Source: Epiperipatus broadwayi (Eukaryota; Animalia; Onychophora). From it: DNA of 64,000 bases. Of the stretch, positions 1 through 11,801 are shown piece by piece. The stretch lies in assembly GCA_028023455.1 (NCBI GenBank), contig JAQFVV010000005.1, positions 8,804,001-8,868,000 of the forward strand, read 5' to 3'. Position 1 is the first letter of the stretch; the number at the start of each line of letters is the position of its first letter. Both the position numbers and the translations under genes were made by a program. Below the pieces are notes generated by a model. That model was not told the DNA's origin. It did no database searches and was given only the letters and a program-made list of their open reading frames with translations.

Positions 1-1024
1 TGTGAGTAGAAGGTAGTAATAGTCAAGGGATGATTAGATTATTTAGATTAAGTTTGGAGATATTCTTTAACCCTTAAGTATATAGGTATAAGTGTTTGGT
101 TATTATTTTTCCCTGCCTTTATTTATTTTGTATAGTTACTGTTAGATGATTTACACCGATTGTAACAGATAAGTGTTATATAATTTTTTATAATATGTAA
201 AAGATGATTGATTTGTGGCATCACACAAGTTTATAAATAATCTAATAAAATATATTTCATGAATACATTATGTTTACAATATAATCAAACACACATATTC
301 GAAGATATACATATGATTAACATATTAAATAGTAGTCAATTTTGATTTTACTTTAGAAGAGATGTAATTGGTTATCAAGGTGCATAAATAATATTTTTTT
401 TATTATAATTATTTCTTTTGTCTTTTATTTTTTATTTATTTTTTAATAAATATTTTAATGAATTAAAAGTCCAAACGAATTGCTTGACTATTTAAGTTCG
501 ATTCTCCATTTCCACACACACACACACATATAGTTAACATAGCATAGCCCTAAAATATATAGATTTGCCAGTAGAAGTCAATTTATTTAATTTGTCTTGT
601 GGTAATAAATCTCAGTATTACAATGCTAATAATATATTTTACTTTGCTTGGAATAGGTGGTGATTTGGATAAAAAGATACCCAATCCTCATCATTGTCTA
701 TACCATAATAAATGTAATAATTGTCAATTTTGCAACAGTTTTAGTATTGAATAGATGCTCTGAACATACTTAAATTAACCTTATAGTATTATTGTTTATA
801 GATGTGTTTATCATTCTTGTTGGCCTCATATATAAAGACCATATCCTATAATCTCAACTGAGCTAGGCCGTGGAGTGGTTGCAATATAAAATCTTTTAAA
901 TAAGTTTAAATATAATTTATAATTATAAATTTTATTCTATTTTGCATAGAATTGGCACCTGGGCAATTATAAATATAATAAAGTAAATAAGTGAAGGAGA
1001 TGGAGGTTATAGGTGAGGGTTAAA
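1..1024 (+). repeat. 5' LTR (3' part only)
   Basis: Colinear with 7819-8820 apart from scattered substitutions and small indels. AATAAA lies near the end, and similarity stops exactly at GGTTAAA (1024/8820). Confidence 0.85.
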
Positions 1025-1410
1025 GTGACCGCTCAATCGTGGGGCCTGATATACTTAAAATAAAGTGGCGTACAACGTGGACGGCTTGTTATATATATAG
1101 AGACCACAACTGCTAGGGTTAAGTGGCTGTCCCTGTTTAATTAAGTCTCATAGCCTAATATATTTACGGTTAAGTGGTGGCATGCAATGTGGATGGCATG
1201 ATATATGTGGGTTAAGTGGTAAGTCTCATATTCTGTAGAATATTTATCTTTTGTTGGTTTAATTGGTTAAAGTGGCGACCCAAACATTTGAGGCTTCGAT
1301 TAATTAAATCTCACACCCTGTAGACTGCCTATCTTGTTGTTGGCTCAACCATTGGGGTTTATATTAATTAAATACCAGACCTTGTAAAATGTCTATGTTT
1401 TTGGTGGCTT
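1025..1410 (+). repeat. Tandem array of (LTR-end + PBS)-like units, tRNA-Lys-like
   Basis: Repeated GGTTAA(A)G-TGG junctions: TGACCGCTCAATCGTGGGGC (1026), TGGCGTACAACGTGG (1066), TGGCATGCAATGTGG (1178), TGGCGACCCAAACATTTGAGGC (1273), plus weaker units at 1124, 1217 and 1341. Compare the tRNA-Lys(CTT) PBS TGGCGCCCAACGTGGGGC. Confidence 0.65.
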
Positions 1411-2214
1411 ATGTTTTAATGTCTCCAGGATTATCTAAACCTAGGTTCATTAATTAATTTTGTTGGTTAAATATCATAAGCTATATGAGTAAAACAGTAT
1501 TGTTAATCAAAATATTTATTTAAAAGAATAAGATAGTTTATATATATATAAAATAATTATATGTGTAAGCTTGTACTATCTCAGTGTATATATATATACT
1601 ATACATTTGATTCTATGTATTTTACTTATAGAGGTAATTTTTATAAGATTAAGGAAGGGTGAATAATAGGTTATATTATTTCTCCTTTAGTATGTTCAGT
1701 TTATATTAGTTTTATGGAAGAGGAAATTATTATTAAAAAGAATTTTTATATGTTAAGTTATTTGTCAGATATGTTAATGAATGTTTATTTGTAGTTGAGA
1801 GTGATAAATTGAAGGAATTTGTAAATGAGTTTAATTGTTTTGATCCTTCTATAAGATATGTGTTAGAAGGAGGGGGTTAGATTTTGGTAAGTTAAAATTT
1901 TTAGATCTTTTGGTGATTAGAAATATAGAAACTAATTGTTTATTGTGCAGTCATTTAGTTAAAAGTAAAGAATTAAGATCTATAATTAAACCTGATAGCT
2001 ATCAGTCTGTATCTCATAAAGTAGCTGCTTTAAGGAATTATTGTCATAGGAATATTAAATTAAATAATTCTAGTGGGGTAGCTTTGTTTCAGAAATATCA
2101 ATTTTATAAAGATTATTTGAGTGTTGGATACTCTGATAAATTTGTTAAAAGTATTTTATTTAATAGTAATATTTGTAAGATGTAAAGGTTAAAGAAAAAT
2201 ATGATTTTATTTCT

Positions 2215-2685
2215 TTGCCATTTAAATTGTCTTCTTATAAAATTGTGTGTAGAAATAGTAAATTGTTTGGAAATAAGAAAATTGCTTGGAAAAGGGGTGT
2301 TACATTGAATAATTTATTAAATAATACAAAAGTTTTTGATAGAAAGACTATTCCTGGTGTGGTATATTTTATTCCTTGTTTATTTTGTAAGAAGGTTTAC
2401 ATAGGTCAGAGTAGTTTGAGTTTAAATGAAAGAATAAAGGTTCATAAAAGTAGAGTTAAAAATAGATATCTTAGTTCTGCTTTGTATGTCCATGAAAAAG
2501 ATACAGGCCACACTATTGATTTTGATGAAGCTAAGGTTGTCTTCTTTGAGAGAAATGAAATCAAAAGAAGAATTAAAGAGTCTTTATTATTGAAAATTTA
2601 TTATTCTGAAGCAATTAACTTATTTAAGAGTTCTTTTAATATTAAGGGTGGATGGGAAGTGAATGGATTTGTGGGTAGTTTTTAA
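2215..2685 (+). pseudogene. PLE GIY-YIG endonuclease domain (fragment of disrupted pol ORF)
   Basis: GVVYFIP / VYIGQS / SALYVHEKDTGH motifs. The upstream RT part is broken by stops and frameshifts. Confidence 0.85.
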
Positions 2686-2721
2686 TAATATATATAATGT
2701 GTGGTTTTTTTGTAGTTCTTT

Positions 2722-2765
2722 ACACTTGAGAAGTCTGCTTGTAGCAGTGAAACCTTAGGTTGTGT
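2722..2765 (+). ncRNA. Type I hammerhead ribozyme-like motif (U3-A8 variant)
   Basis: ACAC TTGAGAA GT CTGC TTGTA GCAG T GAAA CC TTA GG TT GTGT. Stem I is ACAC/GTGT, stem II is CTGC/GCAG, stem III is ACC/GGT, the core is UUGAGAA...GAAA and the site is GUU. Located in the PLE 3' UTR. Confidence 0.7.
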
Positions 2766-3160
2766 TTTAATATTATTTTTATGCTGGTCTGGTTTAATTT
2801 TAGATTTGGGGTAGTTTTGATTTTATATTGACTAGTTTAGCTTTATGCTTGTAATGTTTGTACATTTGTTAATATGTGTTCGTGACAATAAGGAGAAAGA
2901 AAGTTAAAGTGTTAGAAAGGTAGTAAGAGTAAAATGGAACTATGGGTAAATGGAGCATTAACTAAGGTTTGAAATAAGCAAATTGGAGTTTGAAATAAGC
3001 CAATACCTGAAAGATGTGTAATAGATATATGAATGTCAGATGTATAGTTTAAAAAAAAAACTTTTTTTTTTAGGTGAAATAAATAAGTACAGCCATGAGA
3101 CAGCTTAATTTCAATTATAAAGCTATATAAATATCACAACTTATAGTAAATGTTGATAAC

Positions 3161-3198
<38 letters not shown>

Positions 3199-4350
3199 TG
3201 CTTGTCAATTAAATATATATATATATATTGCTTGTCAATTAAATATAGTACTGATGCTAGATAAATATAGAATCATTGATAGTATTAAATCATAAAGTGT
3301 TAATATTGTTCATATTTGGAACACTTCTGTTATAGAAAGTCTATAATTTTGAAGGTTAGATAGAATACTTGATTGTTGGAGTTTTGTTGGTTGTATTGCA
3401 AATTTTGGTGATGGATGGAGAATTTTTGTTATTGTCTTAGGTATATGGTGTATTCATGTCACTGGTGACTGATTGTTCTCATTCACTGCTCCAACCCAAA
3501 TTATGATATCAGTTGTTAATTATCATGAAACAGTTAACAGTAGTCCTGCCATGATTTTGCCTCTAAGACTCCAGAGAGAGCAAGGCAATATTTTATAAAT
3601 AGCCCCTAAGACTTGGATGTAAGCAGGGCATTGTGATAGTGTTTGTAGTAGAATATTATGGGTTGTGGTAGCTTAGAGTGGTTAAAGTGAGATGATCATC
3701 AGAGTGTTCATGGAGCATTGTATGTTTTAAGAGCAGTGATGGAGTTCTTCTATCCATCTCAAAATTGTGAACTGCTGATAATTATTTTGGCTGTCAGTAT
3801 CTGTTGGATCTTTAGAAGAATGGATAAATATATAACTTGAATATATAGCTCATTTGTAACAGCCTATTTTCTATATTCTTATGCAAAGGTTGGCATTTAC
3901 CATATTTAAGTAAAAAATTGTATATCAGTTGTCATAGTGAATGCTTGTCATCATTAATTTTATTTTGGTTATGATTTTTTTTTGTTATAAATGCTGGTTA
4001 TAATATTTGAATGCACCCAATACAGCATAAAGATAAATGAATATGTTTAAATTATTTTGGTCTTTTATCAGTTGTTGAATTGGTGGTTTGCAATATAACT
4101 ATAGTGGATCATATAAAATTTAATTTATAATTCCAGCTGTGTTTAGATTAATGTTATCTAGTTAAAACTTAATGTCTTCTTGCCTATGTGTGTGTGGAAA
4201 ATCGAACATTATATGGGAAAATCAAATTGTGGAAATTTTATGTCATTTTAGATAGTGGTGGTGAATTTGAATTGTTGATTTGGTGGAAGTTGGAGCTGGT
4301 AAACCTTGTTTTCTTAAATAGTATTAATAAATTTTTAAAGAGATTATAAA

Positions 4351-5981
4351 ATGGAAGAGTTTAGTTTATACGATAGTTTGGGTGGGTCTCAAGAGACATC
4401 ATCTCCAGACATTGTTGCAATGTCCCCTGATCTTGAATCAGGAAATGAAGCTATAGATATGTCATATGGAGAGTCTAGTAAGATGAGAGATATTATCTCT
4501 AAAACCACAGATGATGAGATGCCAATGTGGGCCAAATCGTTTTTTGCAGGACTAAAAGAACTAAAGTCTGGTCAAGTAGAATTAAAATTAGAATTAAGAG
4601 AACTAAAGTCAGGACAGACAGAATTGAAATCAGAACTAAAAGAAATAAAATTGAATCAAGATAAATCAGAGGAAAGGATGGCAGAAATAAAATTAGAAGT
4701 TTCAGAAATAAGGTCAGAAATGGTAGAAATAAAAGATAGTATAGTTAGGCAGATGAAAGTTGTGGAGGAGAAAGTAAAAAGTCAGAAATCAGAGTAGCAA
4801 TAGAAATAAAATTGAGTCAAAAGAAATCAGAGGAGATGATAGTTGAAATAAAGTCAGAAATGTCAGAGATAAAATTAGAAATGAAACTAGAGACAAAGCT
4901 AGAAGCAAGGTTAGAAATACCCAAAATGAAGCTAGAAATGCAAGAGAATATTAATGACCAAGTTATGCAGATTAATAAGAATGTTAGTTTAGCCAGTGAT
5001 GAAATAGATGTATACAAAGAACTTAGAGAAATAGTTAATCAGGATTCAAAATTAGAGAAAATAGAAGATATAGACATGCTTAAAGAGTTCAAGAAGAATC
5101 TTGATAAACAGAAAGAAGTTGATAAATTAATGAAGAAAGAAATAATTTCCTTAGACATGAAATATCTAGAAATTTTGGAAAATGAATTGCTAAAGGTTAC
5201 TGATATTACAGGTAATAAATTTAAAAATAAAAATGAAGACATAATTCCAAAATATGTTCTTGATTATTTAGAACATAAGGTGAAGGCGAATGTTTTCAAA
5301 AAAATAGTTTATGGAGATACTAAACATGTAATATGTATTATGAAATGTTTAATCGAAAGTGTTAGTCATGCTAGAGAAGTCGGTAAAGTGAAAATAAAAT
5401 GTAAAATTAAGAATACAGAAAAGTTTGATTTAAATTTTCTTAGAAAAGTCATTAATCCAGAAAGAGATTTAGGCAAAGCCAAAGTAAAGTGTAAATGTAA
5501 AAGTAAGAAGAAAACTAAAGTAGATTTTATGAGAGAGGTAATTAATCACAATAAACATATGAAGAAAATTAAAGTAAAGTTCAAAGAGATGAGGATAGAG
5601 AAGGTTAAGATAAGTTATCTTAATAAAGGTGTAGATTATTTAAGAGATATTGGGAAGGCAAAAGTCAAATTTAAATTAATAAATGAAAAGATAGTTGATT
5701 TAAATCTTAGTAGAAAGATTGTTGATGAAGAAAAAGAAGTTGGAAAGGCTAAGATCAAACTCAAAGGAATAAAGGAAGAATTATTTAATATAAATCATCT
5801 TAAAAAAGTGAAGAATAAAGTAAGATATATTAAAAAGATTAGAGTTAAATCTAGTAAAGTGAAAATGAAATCTTGTAGGAAAAAACTTGTTAGAAGAAAG
5901 GAAATAAAGAATAATCAAGCAAGGTTTAAAGTAACCTATAATGCTCGCAGTTTGATTCCATATCCTGCCAGACATGATTAA
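4351..5981 (+). CDS. Gag-like coiled-coil protein with C-terminal 30-aa Lys-rich repeats (split by one frameshift near 4780)
   Basis: ORFs 4351-4797 and 4812-5981 join by a -1 shift in the A-run GTAAAAAGT. The N-terminus has heptad E/K/I/L repeats. Six units with exact 90-bp spacing start at 5382, 5472, 5562, 5652, 5742 and 5832. The ORF lies between the PBS array and the PPT. No CCHC knuckle is seen. Confidence 0.6.
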
Positions 5982-6201
5982 TAAAATACATATTGTTCAA
6001 TATAGAATTTTATTATTATTATTTTTTACTTATTTAATGTTGTTAAAGTATAATATAAACATGTGTTTATAAAAGCATTAGATGTTTTTATTGTTTTATG
6101 TTTGTTCAACAAACAATGTTCTAATTGAGGAATGATCTTATTGTAAAATTTAATGTATTATTAATATTGATTGTTGTTTATCCAATTCATTTTTCTTTCA
6201 T

Positions 6202-6213
6202 AAGGGGGAAGGA
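6202..6213 (+). promoter_or_regulatory. Polypurine tract
   Basis: AAGGGGGAAGGA immediately before TGTAAC (6215). Confidence 0.8.
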
Positions 6214-6214
6214 T

Positions 6215-8820
6215 TGTAACCTTCCATGTTGGCACCAGAAAGAAATGTGAGAAGGTCACATTTGTGCTAACAAAGGCTGAAAGTAATTAGTTGAGAAAAA
6301 TGAATCGTGATATAATCTAATATTTAAAATTGAGTATTTAGGAAAACTAAACTTAAATTGTGATGTAATTTGCTAGTTAAAATTAGCATTTTAACAAAAT
6401 TAAAATTTTAAATGGGTATAGTGATTTGTGGAGTTTTGGACTATATGTTTAGTGGTAGATGTTTGTGTATAGTAGAGGATTTACATGTCATAATAGGCAG
6501 ATGCATAAATATATTATTAATTAGAATTTTCTTTTCTATATTTTATTTATGAGTTACTGATTATATATTGTCTTAGAATCTTATGTTTTAAAAATGATAA
6601 AGATTGTTTGTAATAGTAAATAACATTTCTAAAATTAATAATTAGTATTTAATATTTTTTTTTTACTATGTTAATTATATTCAAACATTTTATTGTTAAA
6701 ATTTTTATAAATAATATTTCTGGCAAGCTTCCAAAGTTGATTGTCATAGAAACACAGAGGGCGTGAGTAGAGAAAGACATAGAGTTTAAAACTTGAAAGT
6801 AAAAAAAAAAGCTCCGAGGAAGAAGATAAAAAAAACTTAAAGGAATCAATAACTCTCTAAGAGTATTATATAAGAAACATCGCAAGGATTCTAAGAATAC
6901 ACCTATGAAGAATTTTTTTGTTATTATACTACTGGAAAAATATAGAATGAGGAAATAAACAACCCCCCAGAGGGATACCAGCCTTCAAATTTCTGCCAAA
7001 GCAATGGTCCATTTTCACCACTTCAAAATGCCTGGAGGATATGTAAGCTAAATTATTATGATTTATTTTAAAATATTACTAAAGCTGATTAATGTTAAAA
7101 TGGCAAAATTGTGTAAAATAAAGCTAGCTCAAATTTTTTCATTAGACGCTAAAACCAAACGCTTAATACTAAATTCTAATCATCTTCTATCAATCTTCTG
7201 CAAATTAAAATTTAAAATAAAAAAATTTATCTACTTAATTTTATACCAAGAAGATAATTTTCTACTGTATAACTTTGCTATTCGCGTATATATAATGAAA
7301 TAATGTCAATGCATGCAAATATCATTTTTAACACCCCTCACAGAATTCTAGGATAAAAAAAAACCCTTATCATTCTTAACAAATTATTCTTTAACAATGG
7401 ATAGACATTTGTTTTTGTTATAATTTACCGTTGTTTTTAAAACTAATATGTATGTTTATTTCATCTTTCAATTTTTAAAAAAAAACTTAACATGTAATAA
7501 TGGGATATTGACAAATAATTTTTTTTTTTGATTACAATAGATGTATAAACAATTTTTTTGTTGTTGTTTTGTGTTCTTTTAAAAAAAACAAAACAATGTA
7601 ATTTCATTATCATTAGAGTATGATAATTTATTATTTTGTATGATTTAGAAATTATATTATAGGTGATTCTAGATATTCAGATGTGTGCGTGATGCTATAG
7701 ATTATTATTTTAAAGATGTCGTATTTATTATGCAATTTAGTTAATGAGGTATATTTAAAGAAAATAAAGAATTAAAACCTTATCTGTTATAAGTTCAGTA
7801 TATAGGAAGTATATTGAATGTGAGTAGAAGGTAGAAATAGTCAAGGGATGATTAGATTATTTAGATTAAGTTTGGAGATATTCTTTAACCCTTAAGTATA
7901 AAGGTATAAGTGTTTGGTTATTATTTTTCCCTGCCTTTATTTATTTTGTATAGTTACTGTTAGATGATTTACACCGATTGTAACAGATAAGTGTTATATA
8001 ATTTTTTATAATATATAAAAGATGATTGATTTGTGGCATCATACAAGTTTATAAATAATCTAATAAAATATATTTCATGAATACATTATGTTTACAATAT
8101 AATCAAACGCACATATTCGAAGATATATATATATATGATTAACATATTAAATAGTAGTCAATTTTGATTTTACTTTAGAAGAGATGTAATTGGTTATCAA
8201 GGTGCATAAATAATATTTTTTTTATATTATAATTATTTCTTTTGTCTTTTTCTTTTTTTAATAAATATTTTAATGAATTAAAAGTCCAAATGAATTGCTT
8301 CACTATTTAAGTTCGATTCTCCATTTCCACACACATATAGTTAACATAGCATAGCCCTAAAATATATAGATTTGCCAGTAGAAGTCAATTTATTTAATTT
8401 GTCTAGTGGTAATAAATCTCAGTATTACAATGCTAATAATTTATTTTACTTTGCTTGGAATAGGTGGTGATTTGGATAAAGATACCCAATCCTCATCATT
8501 GTCTATACCATAATAAATGTAATAATTGTCAATTTTGCAACAGTTTTAGTATTGAATAGATGCTCTGAATATACTTAAATTAACCTTATAGTATTATTGT
8601 TTATAGACGTTTTTATCATCCTTGTTGGCCTCATATATAAAGACCATATCCTATAAGAGCTAGGCCATGGAGTGGTTGCAATACAAAACCTTTTAAATAA
8701 GTTTAAATATAATTTATAATTATAAATTTTATTCTATTTTGCATAGAATTGGTGCCTGGGCAATTATAAATATAATAAAGTAAATAAGTGAAGAAGATGG
8801 AGGTTATAGGTGGGGTTAAA
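6215..8820 (+). repeat. 3' LTR (about 2.6 kb)
   Basis: Starts TGTAACC after the PPT and ends GGTTAAA. Its last 1 kb matches 1-1024. The first 1.6 kb cannot be verified because the 5' LTR runs off the window. Confidence 0.65.
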
Positions 8821-8879
8821 ATATATACTCACATAACATTATGTATAGGGTTTAATTATTAAGAAAGTCCATTTTTATG

Positions 8880-9430
8880 TTCCAGGGTTGCAATCATGAA
8901 GTCTGTCCCTTAATTTGTGTCTTTCTCTTTTTAAGTACTTTCATTCATTTTCCTAATGAATGTAAATGGACCTTCATAAGTGTTGCAAAGCTTGTGGAAC
9001 TTGGGACCTTTGTTTCTTTGCAGGGAGTATGGTTGTCTCTAGTATCATCTGGCAACTTTCAATGACTTGGTCATCTTCATGATTCTGATAAGACTTCACA
9101 TGCCTTAGTATACACTTAAGATGAACAAATCCATCGACTTCATTTGTCCATCCAAAGTCGGCTTTACTAATGGGACAATTTTCTTTTGTGAAAAGCCTTT
9201 GAGCATATAGTAACCTTTCTTGGAATCTGCTACTGTGTTCATGGACCTTGTATTTAGAGTAAACATTAAGTTCTGAACATTGGATGCTCACACTAATTTG
9301 CATTGCTCAGTCATCTACTTTACTAATTCCCATACTCTTCATTGGTAGGGTGGAACCAGTGTCATTACATGTTTTTGGGATCACTCCTCCCAACTTAAGA
9401 TTGGTGGAATGATTTTTATTCTGTCTCCAG
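8880..9430 (-). mobile_element. Possible DNA-transposon (THAP/P-like) coding remnant
   Basis: Minus ORF 8974-9303, with an upstream in-frame LKLGGVIPK weakly resembling the THAP AVPT box. No termini were found. Confidence 0.25.
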
Positions 9431-9443
9431 GTACTTGATGAGT

Positions 9444-10395
9444 TCAACTAACAGAAGATTCAGGTTCAAGAGAAGTTTTTGCAGTAAAAGAATACTTAGT
9501 ACTTTGATTGGATTCAAAAATGAAAACAGGTAGGTCCTTTAGATCATTAATATCACTGCTCATACTATCCATCCTACTATTAATATCATAAGTTTTAGTT
9601 TCTATACTATCTATATTCTCCTTTACACACTCCATCTTTGTTTCCAAATTACTATTTATTTTGGTCTCCAAATCATCAATATCAGTTTTGGCTACCATAA
9701 TAGCCTTCATATCCTCTATCTTAGTGGATTCCTGGGCTTGGTGAACCTCTTTAATTTTATGATCAATTCAAGTGGTAATACTTTCCATAAATCCAATGAA
9801 TCACTCGTGACACTGTGTTCCTTACATCTATCTCTATTCTCATTTCTTCTATGTCTTGCTTCAATTCTATATTACTGTTATGCATTTTATTCATCTCTGA
9901 AGATAACTGCTCCATATCTGTGGACAATTTCAGTTCAAGGGCACTAATTCTCTTCTCAACCTTCTCATCCAATTTGTCAATATCTTTCTTCAGATCCTCT
10001 CTTAAAACATATGCTTCCTTTCCATTCAGTTTCTGTTTTGTCATCAATCTGACTCCTCATGTTGCTCATATCAGCCTTGATTGTATCTATCTGACCACTC
10101 ATGTAATCCATCCGATCACTTAATCAGCATTTATGTTAGTCATATTAACTTTGGTTGCCATATTAGTTTTCATGGCATCTATTTGATCCTTTATCATTTT
10201 AAGCATTTGCATCATGGCTCCCTTATCTTTTGTAGCCTGTGTTAGTCCAATTCTCGGTGATTGTGCAGACTGTTCATTTGACTTTCCTTGAATATGAGAT
10301 ATCATTTGCCTTTCCTCTTGCATTGACAAAGAATGCTCAGCTCCAACCATTGACTCCCTGGGTACATCTACATCTACAGATCCTTCTTGTTCCAC
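9444..10395 (-). pseudogene. Gag-like coiled-coil N-terminal region of a second LTR element (frameshifted into three ORFs)
   Basis: Consecutive minus ORFs 10120-10395, 9763-10047 and 9444-9710 are all heptad-like (e.g. IDDLETKINSNLETKMECVKENIDSIETK). They lie downstream of a PBS array and LTR end at 11.0-11.36 kb. Confidence 0.6.
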
Positions 10396-10982
10396 ATCAA
10401 GATCACCCTTAATTTCATTGTCAGTAACATCCTGTGGCTTTACATTTAATATCTTTATTCATACTTGCTAAATACCTCCCACTTCTAAGCAACATACAAA
10501 ATAAACTAATATTTTTTCTTTGAAATATTTACTCTATGAACACAAAGTTTTTTCTTTTCTATATAATACTTATAACATGTCATAGGATCTACCAATGTGT
10601 GTCATCATGTGTGAATATTTTGGTTACCTTAAGTATTTCATATCTCATTGGTATTAATGCCAGATTTATATATTTTGCCCTTTATCTGACTCACTTGCCT
10701 ACTCTTATTAGATTCTTGATCATCTATTTAGTTTGGTCTCTATTTGTCAATTCATACTTTCACTCAGAGTTATTTGGACTTATTGTTGACTGACTAAGTT
10801 AATTATATCATTAAGTTGCTACACCATTTAATCCATAGGGTTATATAATATATAGTCTATTAAGTGACTAACTAAAATATGATGTATCAGGTTATACTGA
10901 AATTATGGACAATTTCTCATAAATTTAATTTATGTCACACTAAAAATATATGGTAAAATATGATAGACTTAACTCTTTAAAA

Positions 10983-11365
10983 CCTATCACATTGTGTACC
11001 AAAATGTAATAGTCATAACTATTCACATGTGGTGAACGTAAGTACTCGAGCTTACCACGTTGTATGCCAAAAATGTAACAGACAATAAACTAGAATGAAT
11101 TTAATAATTGGCTAATACAAATACAACATGATACTCAACTTACATTAAGTCTATATGTGCTATTGCACCTATTATACAGGCCTCACTGTTGATGGTGCCA
11201 AAAATGTAACAGTATGTAATTTGTACCTGTGATGAACTTAAATATTCATGCCCAAAAGGTTGGGTACCAAAATATGTAATGGTACGTAGTCTGCCAAAAT
11301 ATGTAATGGACCGAATAATGTAATGTAGTGACTCTACCTACTGTTCTTGCCCAAATATGTAATGG
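10983..11365 (-). repeat. Second tandem array of (LTR-end + PBS)-like units
   Basis: Minus strand reads TTACA-(A)T3-5-TGG six times: TGGGCAAGAACAG (11353), TGGCAGACTACG (11296), TGGTACCCAACC (11269), TGGCACCATCAACAGTGAGGC (11200), TGGCATACAACGTGG (11069), TGGTACACAATGTG (11001). Confidence 0.7.
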
Positions 11366-11801
11366 ACCGAGTACAATAAGATGGTATATTCAGTCTTCAC
11401 AACTTACAGGTCCTATTACGTCTCGGAGTTCAAACTCAGTGAAGAAATTTGCCTTTAACTCTACTCAAGGATGGATTTAAACAGGATGGCAATAATGTGA
11501 CCTTTATATAGGTCCTTAATAGCTTTTACTAATGAATATATTAAAAATGTGTACACATGTATAATAGATATTCTGGTGAGTGAAGTATGAATGATGCTTG
11601 ATAATCTAGAGACCAGAGAAACACAGATTTTAACTTCAAACAACAAATATTTATTAACAAATCTGGGTTAAATTTATAATATTTATAACTTAATAAGAAT
11701 ATATACATGAATATAATAAAGTATTGATTTGTCTTTACTATATGACTAATTGTGATTTAAGTCTTAAACATATCAATCAGAATAAAAATTATAAAATTAC
11801 A
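11358..11801 (-). repeat. Probable 5' LTR of the second LTR element (distal boundary uncertain)
   Basis: TGTAAT at 11358 adjoins the outermost PBS-like unit, and an ATTACA terminus lies at 11796-11801. No partner LTR is present in the window. Confidence 0.4.

Larger units (their letters stand above)
1640..2880 (+). mobile_element. Penelope-like element remnant (RT C-terminus + GIY-YIG endonuclease), 5'-truncated, inserted in the LTR element
   Basis: Degenerate RT motifs at 1680-1880 (SPLVCSVYISFMEEE...RYVNE...FNCFDPSIRYVLE). ORF 2215-2685 has VVYFIPC..C.KVYIGQS...RIKVH...SALYVHEKDTGH..DF...E..KR.IKE, the PLE-type GIY-YIG. A hammerhead lies just after the stop. Confidence 0.9.
1..8820 (+). 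mobile_element. Non-autonomous LTR retroelement (5' LTR truncated by window edge; no pol visible)
   Basis: 1-1024 is a direct repeat of 7819-8820. PBS-like motifs follow 1024 directly. PPT AAGGGGGAAGGA lies at 6202-6213, followed by TGTAACC at 6215, and both LTR copies end GGTTAAA (imperfect inverted repeat of TGTAACC). The only element-specific ORF is 4351-5981. Confidence 0.8.

Noticed and set aside
4770-4812. Programmed -1 frameshift between the two gag-like ORFs
   Set aside because: There is no canonical X XXY YYZ heptamer in frame and no obvious downstream structure. The heptad repeat continues across the site, consistent with a 1-bp deletion in an A run.
4817-5975. Minus-strand ORFs overlapping the gag-like ORF, and similar shadow ORFs (9738-10123, 56951-57541, 62964-63209)
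   Set aside because: These are antisense shadows of repetitive coding sequence, with Ser/Phe/Leu/Ile-biased composition and no independent signal.
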